64,000 bases of DNA from a bacterium (lineage in GTDB: Bacteria; Bacillota; Clostridia; Christensenellales; CAG-138): contig CAVIJJ010000003.1 of NCBI GenBank assembly GCA_963643205.1, forward strand, positions 12,055 to 76,054, written 5' to 3'. Positions 27,740-36,849 of the stretch are shown piece by piece. A program made the position numbers and the translations under genes. The notes beneath the pieces were generated by a model. That model searched no databases. It saw only the letters and a program-made list of their open reading frames with translations, and was not told where the DNA came from. The number at the start of each line of letters is the position of its first letter. Position 1 is the stretch's first letter.

Positions 27740-28897
27740 TTAAAAATCGTTATTGTCGTTCTTTTCAACGAATTCCGGTTCTTCCTCATAATTCTCCGGT
27801 TCGCTCTGAGCCGGCTCGGATGCGTTGTTCGCGCTCTCCTGCCGATAGGGCTGCTCCTGCTCGGTGCCATAGCCATAGCCTTGCGCTCCGCCCTGCTGAG
27901 GCTGGGGCGCGCTCTGCCCCGCGGCGGACTGATTCTCGCGCGAGCGGGCATCGTGATAAAGCACGGTGTGCAGCGCCGCCAGGTAGCATATGTTTACGCT
28001 TGTAATGAAATAGGTTGAAGCAAGTATCAGCACGGCGAATACAATCACGCCCACAAGGCTTTCATACGCAATGCTGAAGCCGAGGCCAACGCCGAACAGC
28101 GCGCCCACAACCGCGCCTATCGCGCCGAATACCACGGACGCTATAAGAAGCGCGAGGAGGGTTCTGCCGTAGCGCTTAAAGCCAAGGCTTATGCCGCGGC
28201 CGAGAGCGGAAAAGTTCTTTTTGTTCTCGTTTATTGCCACGGGATAGGTATAGGCAAGCGGAACGAGCGCGCAGATCGAAACAATCGCGTTTATAAGAAG
28301 GCTCAGGATTATGGGCACTATAAGCGAAGATCCGAGAGTTATAAGATCCTCAAGGCTGTTTATTGCCACGTTGCCGCCGATAAGTCCACGGCCCGTAACC
28401 TTTATAACGGCGCTCATCATACTGCCCGCGGTTATAATCGAAGAAAGCATGCCGCCTATCAGTGACACGGCCATGCCCGCGACCCATCTGCCCACGCTTT
28501 GGCAAAGATTAAGGGTGAAGAAACGCTTAAGCGAAAAGCCCGTGCGGCTGAAAAGCTTGCCTAAGGTTGAGCTCTGCCCGTATACGCGCATGGACATTTC
28601 GGTATATATCCCGCCGTACATTATAGGCGTAACCACCAGCCACTGGGCAAGGGCCCACACAAGCACAAGCAATATGCTAAGCGCGGCAAATCCCGCCGCC
28701 GCGGAATTCACTTCGCTTGAAAAGCCTATTATCGCGGGCGCCACAAAAAGCGCAAGCACCGCCGCGGTTATAAGCAGCCATATAAAGGTATACATAACGG
28801 CGCTGAAGAAGCGGCGCTTCATTATGGCCCACGTTATGCCGAACACGCCGCGCATTGTAAGCGGGCGAATCGGAATCGGTTCGTAACTGTTATTCAT
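27740..28897 (-). CDS. polytopic membrane protein (GPDPase_memb/DUF975-like topology) with a low-complexity Q/G/E-rich C-terminal tail
   Basis: AAGGAGG RBS. The N-terminal amphipathic segment followed by 6-7 TM helices resembles the glycerophosphodiester-phosphodiesterase membrane-domain family. The tail of about 70 aa looks disordered. Confidence 0.6.
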   Translation of the reverse strand: MNNSYEPIPIRPLTMRGVFGITWAIMKRRFFSAVMYTFIWLLITAAVLALFVAPAIIGFSSEVNSAAAGFAALSILLVLVWALAQWLVVTPIMYGGIYTEMSMRVYGQSSTLGKLFSRTGFSLKRFFTLNLCQSVGRWVAGMAVSLIGGMLSSIITAGSMMSAVIKVTGRGLIGGNVAINSLEDLITLGSSLIVPIILSLLINAIVSICALVPLAYTYPVAINENKKNFSALGRGISLGFKRYGRTLLALLIASVVFGAIGAVVGALFGVGLGFSIAYESLVGVIVFAVLILASTYFITSVNICYLAALHTVLYHDARSRENQSAAGQSAPQPQQGGAQGYGYGTEQEQPYRQESANNASEPAQSEPENYEEEPEFVEKNDNNDF

Positions 28898-28921
28898 GCA
28901 GTATTCCTCCTTTTTGCATAA

Positions 28922-30283
28922 TCAAAGCAGCTTATTCGTTTGCAGATACACATCCCCGCTGCCTATCGTAACCACCAGATCCCCCGCGGACGCATGGGAA
29001 TCAAGGTAGTCCCTTATGTTTTCAAATGTGCCAAGATATACGGCGCGCCCGCCGCCTTCGTTTATTGCCTTTACCATGTCGCGCGCGTGAACGGAACCGT
29101 CGTCCTTTTCACGGCCGGGGTAAATATCCGGCACAAGCGTTTCGTCGGCAAGGTTAAAGCAGGTAACGTCATTAAGAAACAGCGTTTTCGCGCGGGTGTA
29201 TGAATTGCACTGGAACACGCAGAAAAGCTTATTGTGCTTAACGTTTTTCGCGGCCTTCATGGTTGCGGCTATTTCCGAGGGATGATGGCCGTAGTCATGA
29301 TAATACTTAACCCCGTCGCGCTCGCCGTAGTATTCAAAGCGGCGGCGAGTATTGCGGAAGGATGAAAGGGCGTTGGCTATGCATTCGTCGTCCGCCCCGG
29401 CTTCCCTGGCCACTGCGGCCGCGGCTATGGCGTTCATAACGCTGTGCTCTCCGGGTATAAGCAGCTGAATATGCATAATATTCTCGCCCTTATATATTAT
29501 GTCAAAGCCCGGGCAGCCATTATCGTCATAGGTTATGTTCGCGGGGGTGTAGTCCGCGTCACTCATGCCGTAGCTCAGCTTGCGCCCGGTATGCTCCCGC
29601 ATAAGCGCGCGCACGCGGAAATCGTCCGTGTTGCCTATAAGCAGCCCGTTTTCCGGCAGAAGCGCGGCAAACTTTTTGAACGCGGCAACAATGTGCTCCA
29701 TGTCGCCGTAATAATCAAGGTGGTCATTGTCTATGTTGTTTATAAGCGCGACGGTGGGCCTTAACGTGAGGAAGCTTTCAACGTATTCGCACGCCTCGGT
29801 TATAAACATATCGTGCGCGCCCAGCCTTACGCCGCCCTGCAGAAAGTCCACAAAGCCGCCTATATGCACCGTTGCGTCCGGCCCGCCCTGCTCACATATA
29901 AGCGCAAGCATGCTGGTGATGGTTGTTTTGCCGTGGCACCCGGCTATGCCTATAACGCTCTCGTAGCCCTCCGTAAGCTGGCCCAGCGCCTCGCTGCGCT
30001 CAAGTTCCGGTATACCCCTGCGCTTGGCCTCAAGCCTTTCTATATTGTCGCTCTTTATGGCGGCGGAGAATATGACAAGGTCGCAGTCGCCAAGGTTCTT
30101 TTCGTCGTGCCCTATAAACACCGGCACCCCAAGCTCCTTAAGCCTGTTTGTGAACGGGGATTCGGCCTTGTCCGAGCCCTGCACGTAATAGCCTCGGTTT
30201 TTCAATATGCCGGCAAGTCCGCTCATTGAGCAGCCGCCTATGCCGATAAGATGTATTTTCTTATGCTCCGTTATATGAGTCAT
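28922..30283 (-). CDS. murC: UDP-N-acetylmuramate--L-alanine ligase
   Basis: IHLIGIGGCSMSGLA, GCHGKTTT P-loop, and Mur ligase middle and C-terminal domains. Confidence 0.95.
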   Translation of the reverse strand: MTHITEHKKIHLIGIGGCSMSGLAGILKNRGYYVQGSDKAESPFTNRLKELGVPVFIGHDEKNLGDCDLVIFSAAIKSDNIERLEAKRRGIPELERSEALGQLTEGYESVIGIAGCHGKTTITSMLALICEQGGPDATVHIGGFVDFLQGGVRLGAHDMFITEACEYVESFLTLRPTVALINNIDNDHLDYYGDMEHIVAAFKKFAALLPENGLLIGNTDDFRVRALMREHTGRKLSYGMSDADYTPANITYDDNGCPGFDIIYKGENIMHIQLLIPGEHSVMNAIAAAAVAREAGADDECIANALSSFRNTRRRFEYYGERDGVKYYHDYGHHPSEIAATMKAAKNVKHNKLFCVFQCNSYTRAKTLFLNDVTCFNLADETLVPDIYPGREKDDGSVHARDMVKAINEGGGRAVYLGTFENIRDYLDSHASAGDLVVTIGSGDVYLQTNKLL

Positions 30284-30332
30284 TTCAATCTTCTCCCTTC
30301 GGTCTTAACGATATATTATAGCATATATTGCT

Positions 30333-31175
30333 TTATTCTGCATATTTTATGCTTTCGCAGGCACGGCAAAAAGCCATATCCTCAAATTGCTTTTGCGCAA
30401 GCCGCGCTTTATCCGCCGATTCGAATATGCCGAAGCACGCGCTGCCGCTGCCGCTCATTTCCGCCGCCAGCGCTCCCGCGCCCATTAGTCGTCGTTTTAT
30501 ATCACAAATTATCGGCAGCTTTTCCTCTGCGGCCGGGGAAAGCGCGTTTGATACGGCGTCAATAAGCCCACTCACGCTGCCCACTCGTATGGCCGCGGCC
30601 GCTTTTTCGCTTTCAGGTTCGGCGTAGGGCGGCTTAAGGGAAGAGAACAGCTCTTTTGTGGATATTCCCTCGCTGGGCTTTACGATAAGAAAGCTGAGCC
30701 GCATATCGTCTAAGGGTTCTATTATCTCTCCCCGTCCCCGGCAAAGAGCGGTTGAGCCGCAAAGCAGAAACGGCACATCCGAGCCAAGCTCCGCCGCAAG
30801 CGAATAAAGCTCCTGTTTTGTCATTGCGCCGTAGCGCGCCTGCATAAGCCGCAGTACACCCGCGCCGTCCGCGCTTGATCCGCCAAGGCCCGCCATGGAT
30901 GGTATATTCGCGCGGATTGATATATTTGCCCCGCCGCAGCCGGTACGCCGGCTGTATTCGCATGCCGCGCGGTAGGCTACGCTGTTCTCCGGCAGGGGAA
31001 AATCGGACGTAAGCTTAATATCATCGCATGAAAAATCCGCCGTCAGCTCGTCATACAAATCTATCGTATGCATAACGGTTGAAAGCTCGTGGTAGCCGTC
31101 CTCGCGCTTTTTAAGCACGTCCAGCGTTAAATTGACCTTTGCGTAGGTCCTTATTCGGGCAAAATTACTCATCAT
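30333..31175 (-). CDS. ispE: 4-diphosphocytidyl-2-C-methyl-D-erythritol kinase
   Basis: AKVNLTLDV...GYHEL and the GHMP-kinase motif PSMAGLGGSSADGA. Confidence 0.9.
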   Translation of the reverse strand: MMSNFARIRTYAKVNLTLDVLKKREDGYHELSTVMHTIDLYDELTADFSCDDIKLTSDFPLPENSVAYRAACEYSRRTGCGGANISIRANIPSMAGLGGSSADGAGVLRLMQARYGAMTKQELYSLAAELGSDVPFLLCGSTALCRGRGEIIEPLDDMRLSFLIVKPSEGISTKELFSSLKPPYAEPESEKAAAAIRVGSVSGLIDAVSNALSPAAEEKLPIICDIKRRLMGAGALAAEMSGSGSACFGIFESADKARLAQKQFEDMAFCRACESIKYAE

Positions 31176-31245
31176 TTTTATATTATACTATGTATTCACC
31201 AAATTTTCACTCGCATTGGGTCTTTTTTGGCGGTATAATGCAGCT

Positions 31246-32448
31246 ATGGAAAAGAACATGCATGATTTTGAAGAAGATTACGTTCCGGGCAAGCGCAAGC
31301 ACTCGTCCCCGGTAAAGTGGATAAGCCTCGGCACGGCCGCGCTTATAGCCATAGGCATCGCGGCGGCGTGCTTTACGCGCTCTCCCGAGCTTTATCCCTA
31401 TGTTGAGCCTACCCCGGTGCCCACGCCCACGCCCGTGGCCACGCCCTCTCCCGAGCCTACCGAAGAGGTTCTCTCTACCCCTGCCGAGGCTTTGGCGGAA
31501 ACGACTCCCGCGGCGGACGGCACGGAATATATAGCCACGGCCATAATGGTTGACGGCAAGTGCATAGGCGTGCTGGCCAGCCGAGAGGCGGCGGAGGAAG
31601 TGCTTGAGGAGGCCGTAAGCGCGTTTGAGCTGAAAATAAACCTGCCCGGCACTATGGATTCATACATTACAAACGAAGTTGAGCTTATAAACGCGGCGGA
31701 CAGCGAAGAGGCCTCCGCCATGGAAAGCGTAACGTACGAGGCAATGCTTTCCTTGCTCTCGGGTGAGGATTCCCCAATAACTGTTGAAACAACGCTTAGC
31801 GAAAGGCACACGGAAATAGTTGAGCACGAAACCGAAACCGAAAAGGATTCCTCGCTTATAAAGGGAACGCGCGTTGTTGTGAACTATGGCAGCGATGGTG
31901 AAAGCCGCACCGTTGTTACAACCAAGTATGTAAACGGCGTGCAGAAGGGCGAAAGCCAAAGCGAAACATTTGAGATAAGCCAAAGGGTGGACGCGCTTAT
32001 ACGCATCGGCACCAAAAAGGCGGATAAATACGCCGAGCCCGGCAGGAAAGAGGGCGAAAAGGGTCCCGACGCGGGCGAGCTTAGCTTTATTCGCCCAACA
32101 AAAAGCGGTAAAATCAGCCGGAATTTCGGCCAGCTTAGCGGCGTTATGCACCTGGGGCTGGACTTTGAGGCGGACGAGGGCGACGAGATTTACGCTGCTG
32201 AAGGCGGCACGGTTGTTTGCGTTATGGAGCGCGGCGGCTACGGGCTGGTGGTTGAAATAGACCACGGCAACGGTTTTCTTACCCGCTACGCCAATTTGAG
32301 CGAGGCCAAGGTTTCGCTTGGCGATACCGTTTCAAAGGGAGACACAATTGCCCTTGCGGGCAGCAGCGGAAACGCGGAGAAGAGCCTGCTGCACTTTGAG
32401 CTTAGGCAGAACGGCACGGCATACAACCCGAGATATTATTTTGAATAA
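31246..32448 (+). CDS. membrane-anchored M23 (LytM-type) peptidase with a P/T-rich linker and a G5-like domain
   Basis: C-terminal HLGLDF...EIDHGNG...GSSGN...LHFE is the M23 metal-binding signature. A TM anchor lies near aa 25-45. The start is uncertain (ATG 31246 or 31258; the ORF track uses TTG 31216). Confidence 0.85.
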   Translation: MEKNMHDFEEDYVPGKRKHSSPVKWISLGTAALIAIGIAAACFTRSPELYPYVEPTPVPTPTPVATPSPEPTEEVLSTPAEALAETTPAADGTEYIATAIMVDGKCIGVLASREAAEEVLEEAVSAFELKINLPGTMDSYITNEVELINAADSEEASAMESVTYEAMLSLLSGEDSPITVETTLSERHTEIVEHETETEKDSSLIKGTRVVVNYGSDGESRTVVTTKYVNGVQKGESQSETFEISQRVDALIRIGTKKADKYAEPGRKEGEKGPDAGELSFIRPTKSGKISRNFGQLSGVMHLGLDFEADEGDEIYAAEGGTVVCVMERGGYGLVVEIDHGNGFLTRYANLSEAKVSLGDTVSKGDTIALAGSSGNAEKSLLHFELRQNGTAYNPRYYFE

Positions 32449-32470
32449 GCATTAAAAAGCAATCAAACTG

Positions 32471-32507
32471 AAAGAGGTACTCCGCTTCCTTGCGGGGTAC
32501 CTCTTTG
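32471..32507. terminator. long hairpin / bidirectional terminator
   Basis: AAAGAGGTAC ... GTACCTCTTT outer stem with an inner CCGC/GCGG stem. Confidence 0.65.
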
Positions 32508-32511
32508 ATTC

Positions 32512-33684
32512 TTATGCTGAAAAAGAGCCTCGGCCAACAACTTCCAAAAAATCGGCCGCTTCATCTACTCCTCCGCACAAACGAAAACTGTCGGATATTT
32601 TTGCCGCGTTCTCTTTATAAGTTTGCTCATACAGAACGCTTTTCAGAGATTGCAGAATATCTTCGCGCGAGATTGATTTTAACCGCATGCCCGCGCCGAG
32701 CTCTTCCGCCCTTCTCGCTACCGCTCCCTGCTCCGGAGTTTGCGGAAACAGGACAAGCGGAACCTTATAATATAATCCTTCGGAAACGGAATTCATGCCG
32801 CAGTGCGTAACAAACGCATCGGCGATGGACAGCACCGCCATTTGATCGACGGACTCATAAAGCTGAATATTGCTCGGCAAATTATCAAAATGCTCTGCGT
32901 TTGTCCCCATTGAGATAATAATCTGCCAATCCGTCTCTCCCAGCGCGCGAACGCAGTTTCGGTAGAATTCTTTATTTTGGTTCACGGTTCCCATGGAAAT
33001 GTACACCGTTTTCTCCGCCGTCTTAACAAACGGTTCTTGTATGGGACGAATGGAAGGCCCTATAAAATGATATCTCTCGGAAAATGTTTCGGCGCAAGGC
33101 TGGAAGTACCTTGATGTATACACGATAGTGTCGGTATCGTTGTCATTTTGAACAATGTCCAGCAGGCCTTTCACAGGATAGCCGTTGTCCCGTAAACGCT
33201 GAATCTGCCGGTTTATTTTGGGCATCGCAAACAGCATTTTGGCAATGTCCAAGGGTGACTCCTTCATGTATTTCGCCGAATAGCGGTTGAACGCGAATGT
33301 TGTTGTGGATGAAACATAGGGAATCCCATGCTTCATTGCCGCCAGCTTCCCCCAATAAGCCACGGAATCCGATACGATAACATCCGGCTTGATTTCATTG
33401 ATTTTTTTCGATGTCATTTCATCCAGCGCGAGTGTGGAGGATACAAGAAGCTCCGTAGCAAAAGCTTTATCCTTTCCAACCCTGTCCGCGTTTCCCTTGT
33501 CCTCCATTGCAAGGTCATATCCATCGCAGCCGATGAACACGGCACCGGCCTGTTCAATCTTTTCCCTAAACATTTCAAAGGAAAAATAGAACACCTGATG
33601 CCCTGCACCAGTCAGTTTCTTTACCACGCCAAGTGTTGGATTTGTGTGTCCGTGTGCAGGAATACAGAACCAAGCAATTCTCAT
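32512..33684 (-). CDS. GT1-family UDP-glycosyltransferase of the macrolide glycosyltransferase (MGT/YjiC) type
   Basis: N-terminal FCIPAHGHTNPTLGVVKKL and C-terminal THCGMNSVSEGL...P (UDPGT signature). Confidence 0.8.
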   Translation of the reverse strand: MRIAWFCIPAHGHTNPTLGVVKKLTGAGHQVFYFSFEMFREKIEQAGAVFIGCDGYDLAMEDKGNADRVGKDKAFATELLVSSTLALDEMTSKKINEIKPDVIVSDSVAYWGKLAAMKHGIPYVSSTTTFAFNRYSAKYMKESPLDIAKMLFAMPKINRQIQRLRDNGYPVKGLLDIVQNDNDTDTIVYTSRYFQPCAETFSERYHFIGPSIRPIQEPFVKTAEKTVYISMGTVNQNKEFYRNCVRALGETDWQIIISMGTNAEHFDNLPSNIQLYESVDQMAVLSIADAFVTHCGMNSVSEGLYYKVPLVLFPQTPEQGAVARRAEELGAGMRLKSISREDILQSLKSVLYEQTYKENAAKISDSFRLCGGVDEAADFLEVVGRGSFSA

Positions 33685-33902
33685 AGGCTTTTGTCTCCGT
33701 CCTTTTCATTAAAGGCTGCCGCAAATAAATCGGAAAATGCCCCCTTCGGCGGTATGGCAATTCCGCGCTGATCATCGCCGAGAATAAGCAATGTATCCCC
33801 GGGTTTGATTCCGAAGATATCACGAGCTTGTTTCGGTATTACAATCTGCCCTTTTTCACCTACAGTGGCAGTCCAGGCATATTTCCCTTTCGGTGCTGAC
33901 AT
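33681..33902 (-). CDS. AbrB/MazE/SpoVT-family DNA-binding protein
   Basis: GEKGQIVIPKQARDIFGIKPGD is the swapped-hairpin AbrB motif. GAGGTG RBS. The stop overlaps the glycosyltransferase start by 4 nt. Confidence 0.8.
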   Translation of the reverse strand: MSAPKGKYAWTATVGEKGQIVIPKQARDIFGIKPGDTLLILGDDQRGIAIPPKGAFSDLFAAAFNEKDGDKSL

Positions 33903-33915
33903 GTTTTCACCTCAT

Positions 33916-33964
33916 AAGTATGATTTGTATTACAAATTATACTTACGAGCGGTTCGGTTGTCAA
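33916..33964 (-). promoter_or_regulatory. consensus sigma-A promoter (TTGACA-17-TATAAT) overlapped by a 29-bp near-perfect palindrome (candidate operator)
   Basis: On the minus strand, TTGACA is at 33964-33959 and TATAAT at 33941-33936. The palindrome AAGTATGATTTGTA-T-TACAAATTATACTT spans 33916-33944, with one mismatch. Confidence 0.7.
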
Positions 33965-34035
33965 TATGGGACACTGTACCCTATACAAAAACTTTCTTAA
34001 ATGGCCGCGTCTAAATCCCGTCGGCTTTTTATTAA

Positions 34036-34075
34036 ACGAAAAACCGCCCCGCGGAGTTTAATCCGCCGGGCGGCT
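34036..34075 (-). terminator. intrinsic terminator after mal
   Basis: GC-rich stem CCGCCCGGCGG / CCGCGGGGCGG followed by a U-run on the minus strand. Confidence 0.75.
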
Positions 34076-34106
34076 TTATTACAAGGGGGATAATATATCG
34101 CTCTGA

Positions 34107-35366
34107 TTATTTGTTCAGGGCCTTTTTGGCCTTGCGCATGGCAAGTATACGGTTCATCTCGTTGTAAACGATCATGTAACCCTCGTCAACACCCATACCG
34201 GGCTTTGCCAGAATCTGCACGGGCTTGGTGGCCATGGCGCAGTTTACGCAAACCTGGGCGCTGCGGTCGGTTTCGTTGCAGGTACCGCCCTGATAGGCGC
34301 CGATGCCTTTTTCCTTGCAGTAAAGAACGGCCTCGATGGTGTTGTTGATGCCGCCAAGGTCAGGGGTTTTAATCTGAACCATGTGACCGGCCTTATTGTC
34401 GGCAAACAGCTTTATATCCTCAAGGGTGTTGCACCACTCGTCGGCAACCAGCTCCACGTTGATGCCGCGCTTGTCCAGTTCCTTGGTAAGGCCGGCAAGG
34501 GCGACCAGCTGGGTTTCACGGTCGCAGTCGCAGTCCATGGGGCCTTCAATGCGAAGGTGGAAGGGCTTGGCGATCTCTTCAAGCTTGGCGATGTAGTCGG
34601 CCATAGCCTCGTAGTTATTGTTGCCGAAGGCGGCGCCGATGGTGCCGTATACGTCAATATGCATAATGGGCATGTAGTTGGGATCGGTGCGGTTGTTCAG
34701 AATGCGATCGCGCAGCCAGCCAACGTACTCGGCAAGCTTCTCGCCGTTACGGCCAAGCTTGGTGTCCACGTTGTTTATAAGGGCATGGGGCAGAACCTGG
34801 GCGCCCTTTATGATCATCTTGTCGGCGTTGTCATAGCGATCGTCGCCGGACTGGGTGAATATGGGGATGGGCTCCTCGGATACGGTGCAGCCGTACTCAT
34901 CCGCGACAACCTCGCACATAAGGCGGCCGGTAGCCTTGGCAACGGCATCCAGTATAGCCTGGGATACGCCGTAGCGGATAGCGGTGTGCAGGCGCTTGCC
35001 GTTTACCTGAATGGCCTCCATCATCTTGCACAGGCCGCGGAAGTCATCGGCTTCCTTGCCCACAAGCTCGGGCTTGATGTACTTATCGATAATGGGGATA
35101 AAGTCCTTTGCAAGGAACAGGGGATCACGTCCGCCGGCACCGGAGTACTGAACGGCAGCGCAATCACCAAAGGCGATCTGGCCATCCTCAAGAACGATCA
35201 TAACGGAGATGGACTCACCGGCCTGACGCACGGAAGTGAAGCCCTCGGTAACAGGCTCGCCTACATAGAATACGCCGTCATGACCGGCGCCCTTCTTAAT
35301 GGCCCTCTGGTCATCGAAATAAAAACCGGTACGACCCGCGGAGCAAACAACGTCAACAATTTTCAT
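34107..35366 (-). CDS. mal: methylaspartate ammonia-lyase
   Basis: MKIVDVVCSAGRTGFYFDDQRAIK N-terminus and 419 aa enolase-superfamily length match clostridial beta-methylaspartase. Confidence 0.92.
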   Translation of the reverse strand: MKIVDVVCSAGRTGFYFDDQRAIKKGAGHDGVFYVGEPVTEGFTSVRQAGESISVMIVLEDGQIAFGDCAAVQYSGAGGRDPLFLAKDFIPIIDKYIKPELVGKEADDFRGLCKMMEAIQVNGKRLHTAIRYGVSQAILDAVAKATGRLMCEVVADEYGCTVSEEPIPIFTQSGDDRYDNADKMIIKGAQVLPHALINNVDTKLGRNGEKLAEYVGWLRDRILNNRTDPNYMPIMHIDVYGTIGAAFGNNNYEAMADYIAKLEEIAKPFHLRIEGPMDCDCDRETQLVALAGLTKELDKRGINVELVADEWCNTLEDIKLFADNKAGHMVQIKTPDLGGINNTIEAVLYCKEKGIGAYQGGTCNETDRSAQVCVNCAMATKPVQILAKPGMGVDEGYMIVYNEMNRILAMRKAKKALNK

Positions 35367-35397
35367 AATCTGTAACCTCCCAATTTAGTTTTCAAAA

Positions 35398-36849
35398 TTA
35401 ATACCTGGGGCGGCCAACAAGGCGGCCCTTGCCTATGGCGTAAACGTCGTCAATAACCATCTGGAACGTGGCGTCACGCTTTTCGGCCTTGGCGCGCTCG
35501 TTTATCTTGGCGGCGTGGAACTCCTTAAGTTCCTTGGTGAAGGGCAGATTGCCCATGTTCAGTATGCGCACGGCGCCGTCGTTATCGCGGCAGGGGAGCA
35601 TAAGGCCGGCATTGGCGCGGCAGGGAGCAAAGGGAACGTCCAGCGCGCCGGACTCTACGCCGCGGCAAACGCCTATGGCTATATCGCCCTGGCCCAGCTC
35701 AAAGCACTTATCAACAATGCACCTGGTCTCCTCGCGGATAATCTCAATTTCCTTATCAAGGCGGGAATCCATAAACACCTGATCGGTCATCATGTTAACA
35801 ACCTGCTTGGTGCAGCGCAGGCCCTCGGCATTGGCTTCCATGGTGGGGATACCCACGGCCTCGTGGGGGCTCTTTACTATAACCTTGGTGGCCTTGGACA
35901 GAGCGGCTATCATGCTGCCGGACGCGATAACGCCGAAAGCCTTCGCCTCGTCCGCGGGGAAACCGCCCATCCACTGGTGCAGAACGGTGGTAACCACAAC
36001 GTCCTTATGGCCGTACTTTTCAAGATATTCATCGGTCTGCTGCTCAAGGGCGCGAATGGCCGCTATATCCTGAACCAGATTGCCGCACTGGCCGTAGCCT
36101 ACGGTTATGTTCTTTACGCCCTGCTCTGCCGCAAGAAGCGCCTCTATAATGGCAACGGCGTTGGAAATGCAGGGGGGAACCAGAGTGCCGGTCAAAGGAC
36201 CGTAGGGCTCACGGTTTATGGAAACACCCATTTCCTCATAAAGGCCGGTAAGGCGGTCAACATACTGCCAATCCTTTATGGTGCGCTCCATGGGGATATT
36301 CTTGCAATAAGGCAGGTTGTAGGAAATGCCGCCGCCCTCGTAGCTGGTGAAACCGCCGGCATAGGCAATTTCGGTAAGAAGGCGCGCGTCGGGGGTGCCG
36401 TGGCGAACCTGCAGCGGAGTATTTACGCTTTCAACAACGCGGCGGCAATTGGCAACGCCGTGGTTAACCGCCGGGAAGCCATTGAGCATGGCGCGGCCAA
36501 GCCTGATGGACTCGGCTATGCCGTTCTCCGCCTCTTCGTAGCGGTTCTGGCGGGTGTAGCTGTCTATAGTGGTGGGCAGAAGATCCGCCTCGCCCTTATC
36601 CTGCAGATACTGCATCAGCTTAATGTGCTCCTCTATTACGGGCACGCCCGCGCGGGGCTGTACCAGCGTATGGTGAGTTGCCTTGGCCGCGATAAGCTTC
36701 TTTGAGAAGATGCGGCTTTCGGGCATGGATTTATGGTAGTCTACCGCCTCCTGCAGGTCTACGTCCTTACCGGTGGGCCACTGGGTCAGGACCTCTTTGC
36801 GGAGTCTGGCAAATTCATCATCAGGAATTCTCTTGTTTTGAATGTCCAT
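35398..36849 (-). CDS. glmE: glutamate mutase (methylaspartate mutase) epsilon/E subunit
   Basis: Full-length GlmE/MutE similarity. The ATG at 36849 (AAGGAG 10 nt upstream) gives 483 aa, the length I recall for clostridial GlmE. The ORF-track TTG at 36858 is too close to the RBS. Confidence 0.92.
   Translation of the reverse strand: MDIQNKRIPDDEFARLRKEVLTQWPTGKDVDLQEAVDYHKSMPESRIFSKKLIAAKATHHTLVQPRAGVPVIEEHIKLMQYLQDKGEADLLPTTIDSYTRQNRYEEAENGIAESIRLGRAMLNGFPAVNHGVANCRRVVESVNTPLQVRHGTPDARLLTEIAYAGGFTSYEGGGISYNLPYCKNIPMERTIKDWQYVDRLTGLYEEMGVSINREPYGPLTGTLVPPCISNAVAIIEALLAAEQGVKNITVGYGQCGNLVQDIAAIRALEQQTDEYLEKYGHKDVVVTTVLHQWMGGFPADEAKAFGVIASGSMIAALSKATKVIVKSPHEAVGIPTMEANAEGLRCTKQVVNMMTDQVFMDSRLDKEIEIIREETRCIVDKCFELGQGDIAIGVCRGVESGALDVPFAPCRANAGLMLPCRDNDGAVRILNMGNLPFTKELKEFHAAKINERAKAEKRDATFQMVIDDVYAIGKGRLVGRPRY

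Noticed and set aside
33681-33902. The AbrB/MazE-fold gene as the antitoxin of a toxin-antitoxin pair.
   Set aside because: The coupled downstream gene is a 390-aa GT1 glycosyltransferase with an intact UDPGT signature, not a MazF/PIN/Doc-type toxin.
33955-33966. A TTGTCAA string resembling the 22-bp-array core, considered as another copy of that motif.
   Set aside because: It is simply the reverse complement of the TTGACA -35 box of the AbrB-gene promoter, with a perfectly spaced TATAAT. The flanks do not share the extended AAAGTTGACAAT context.
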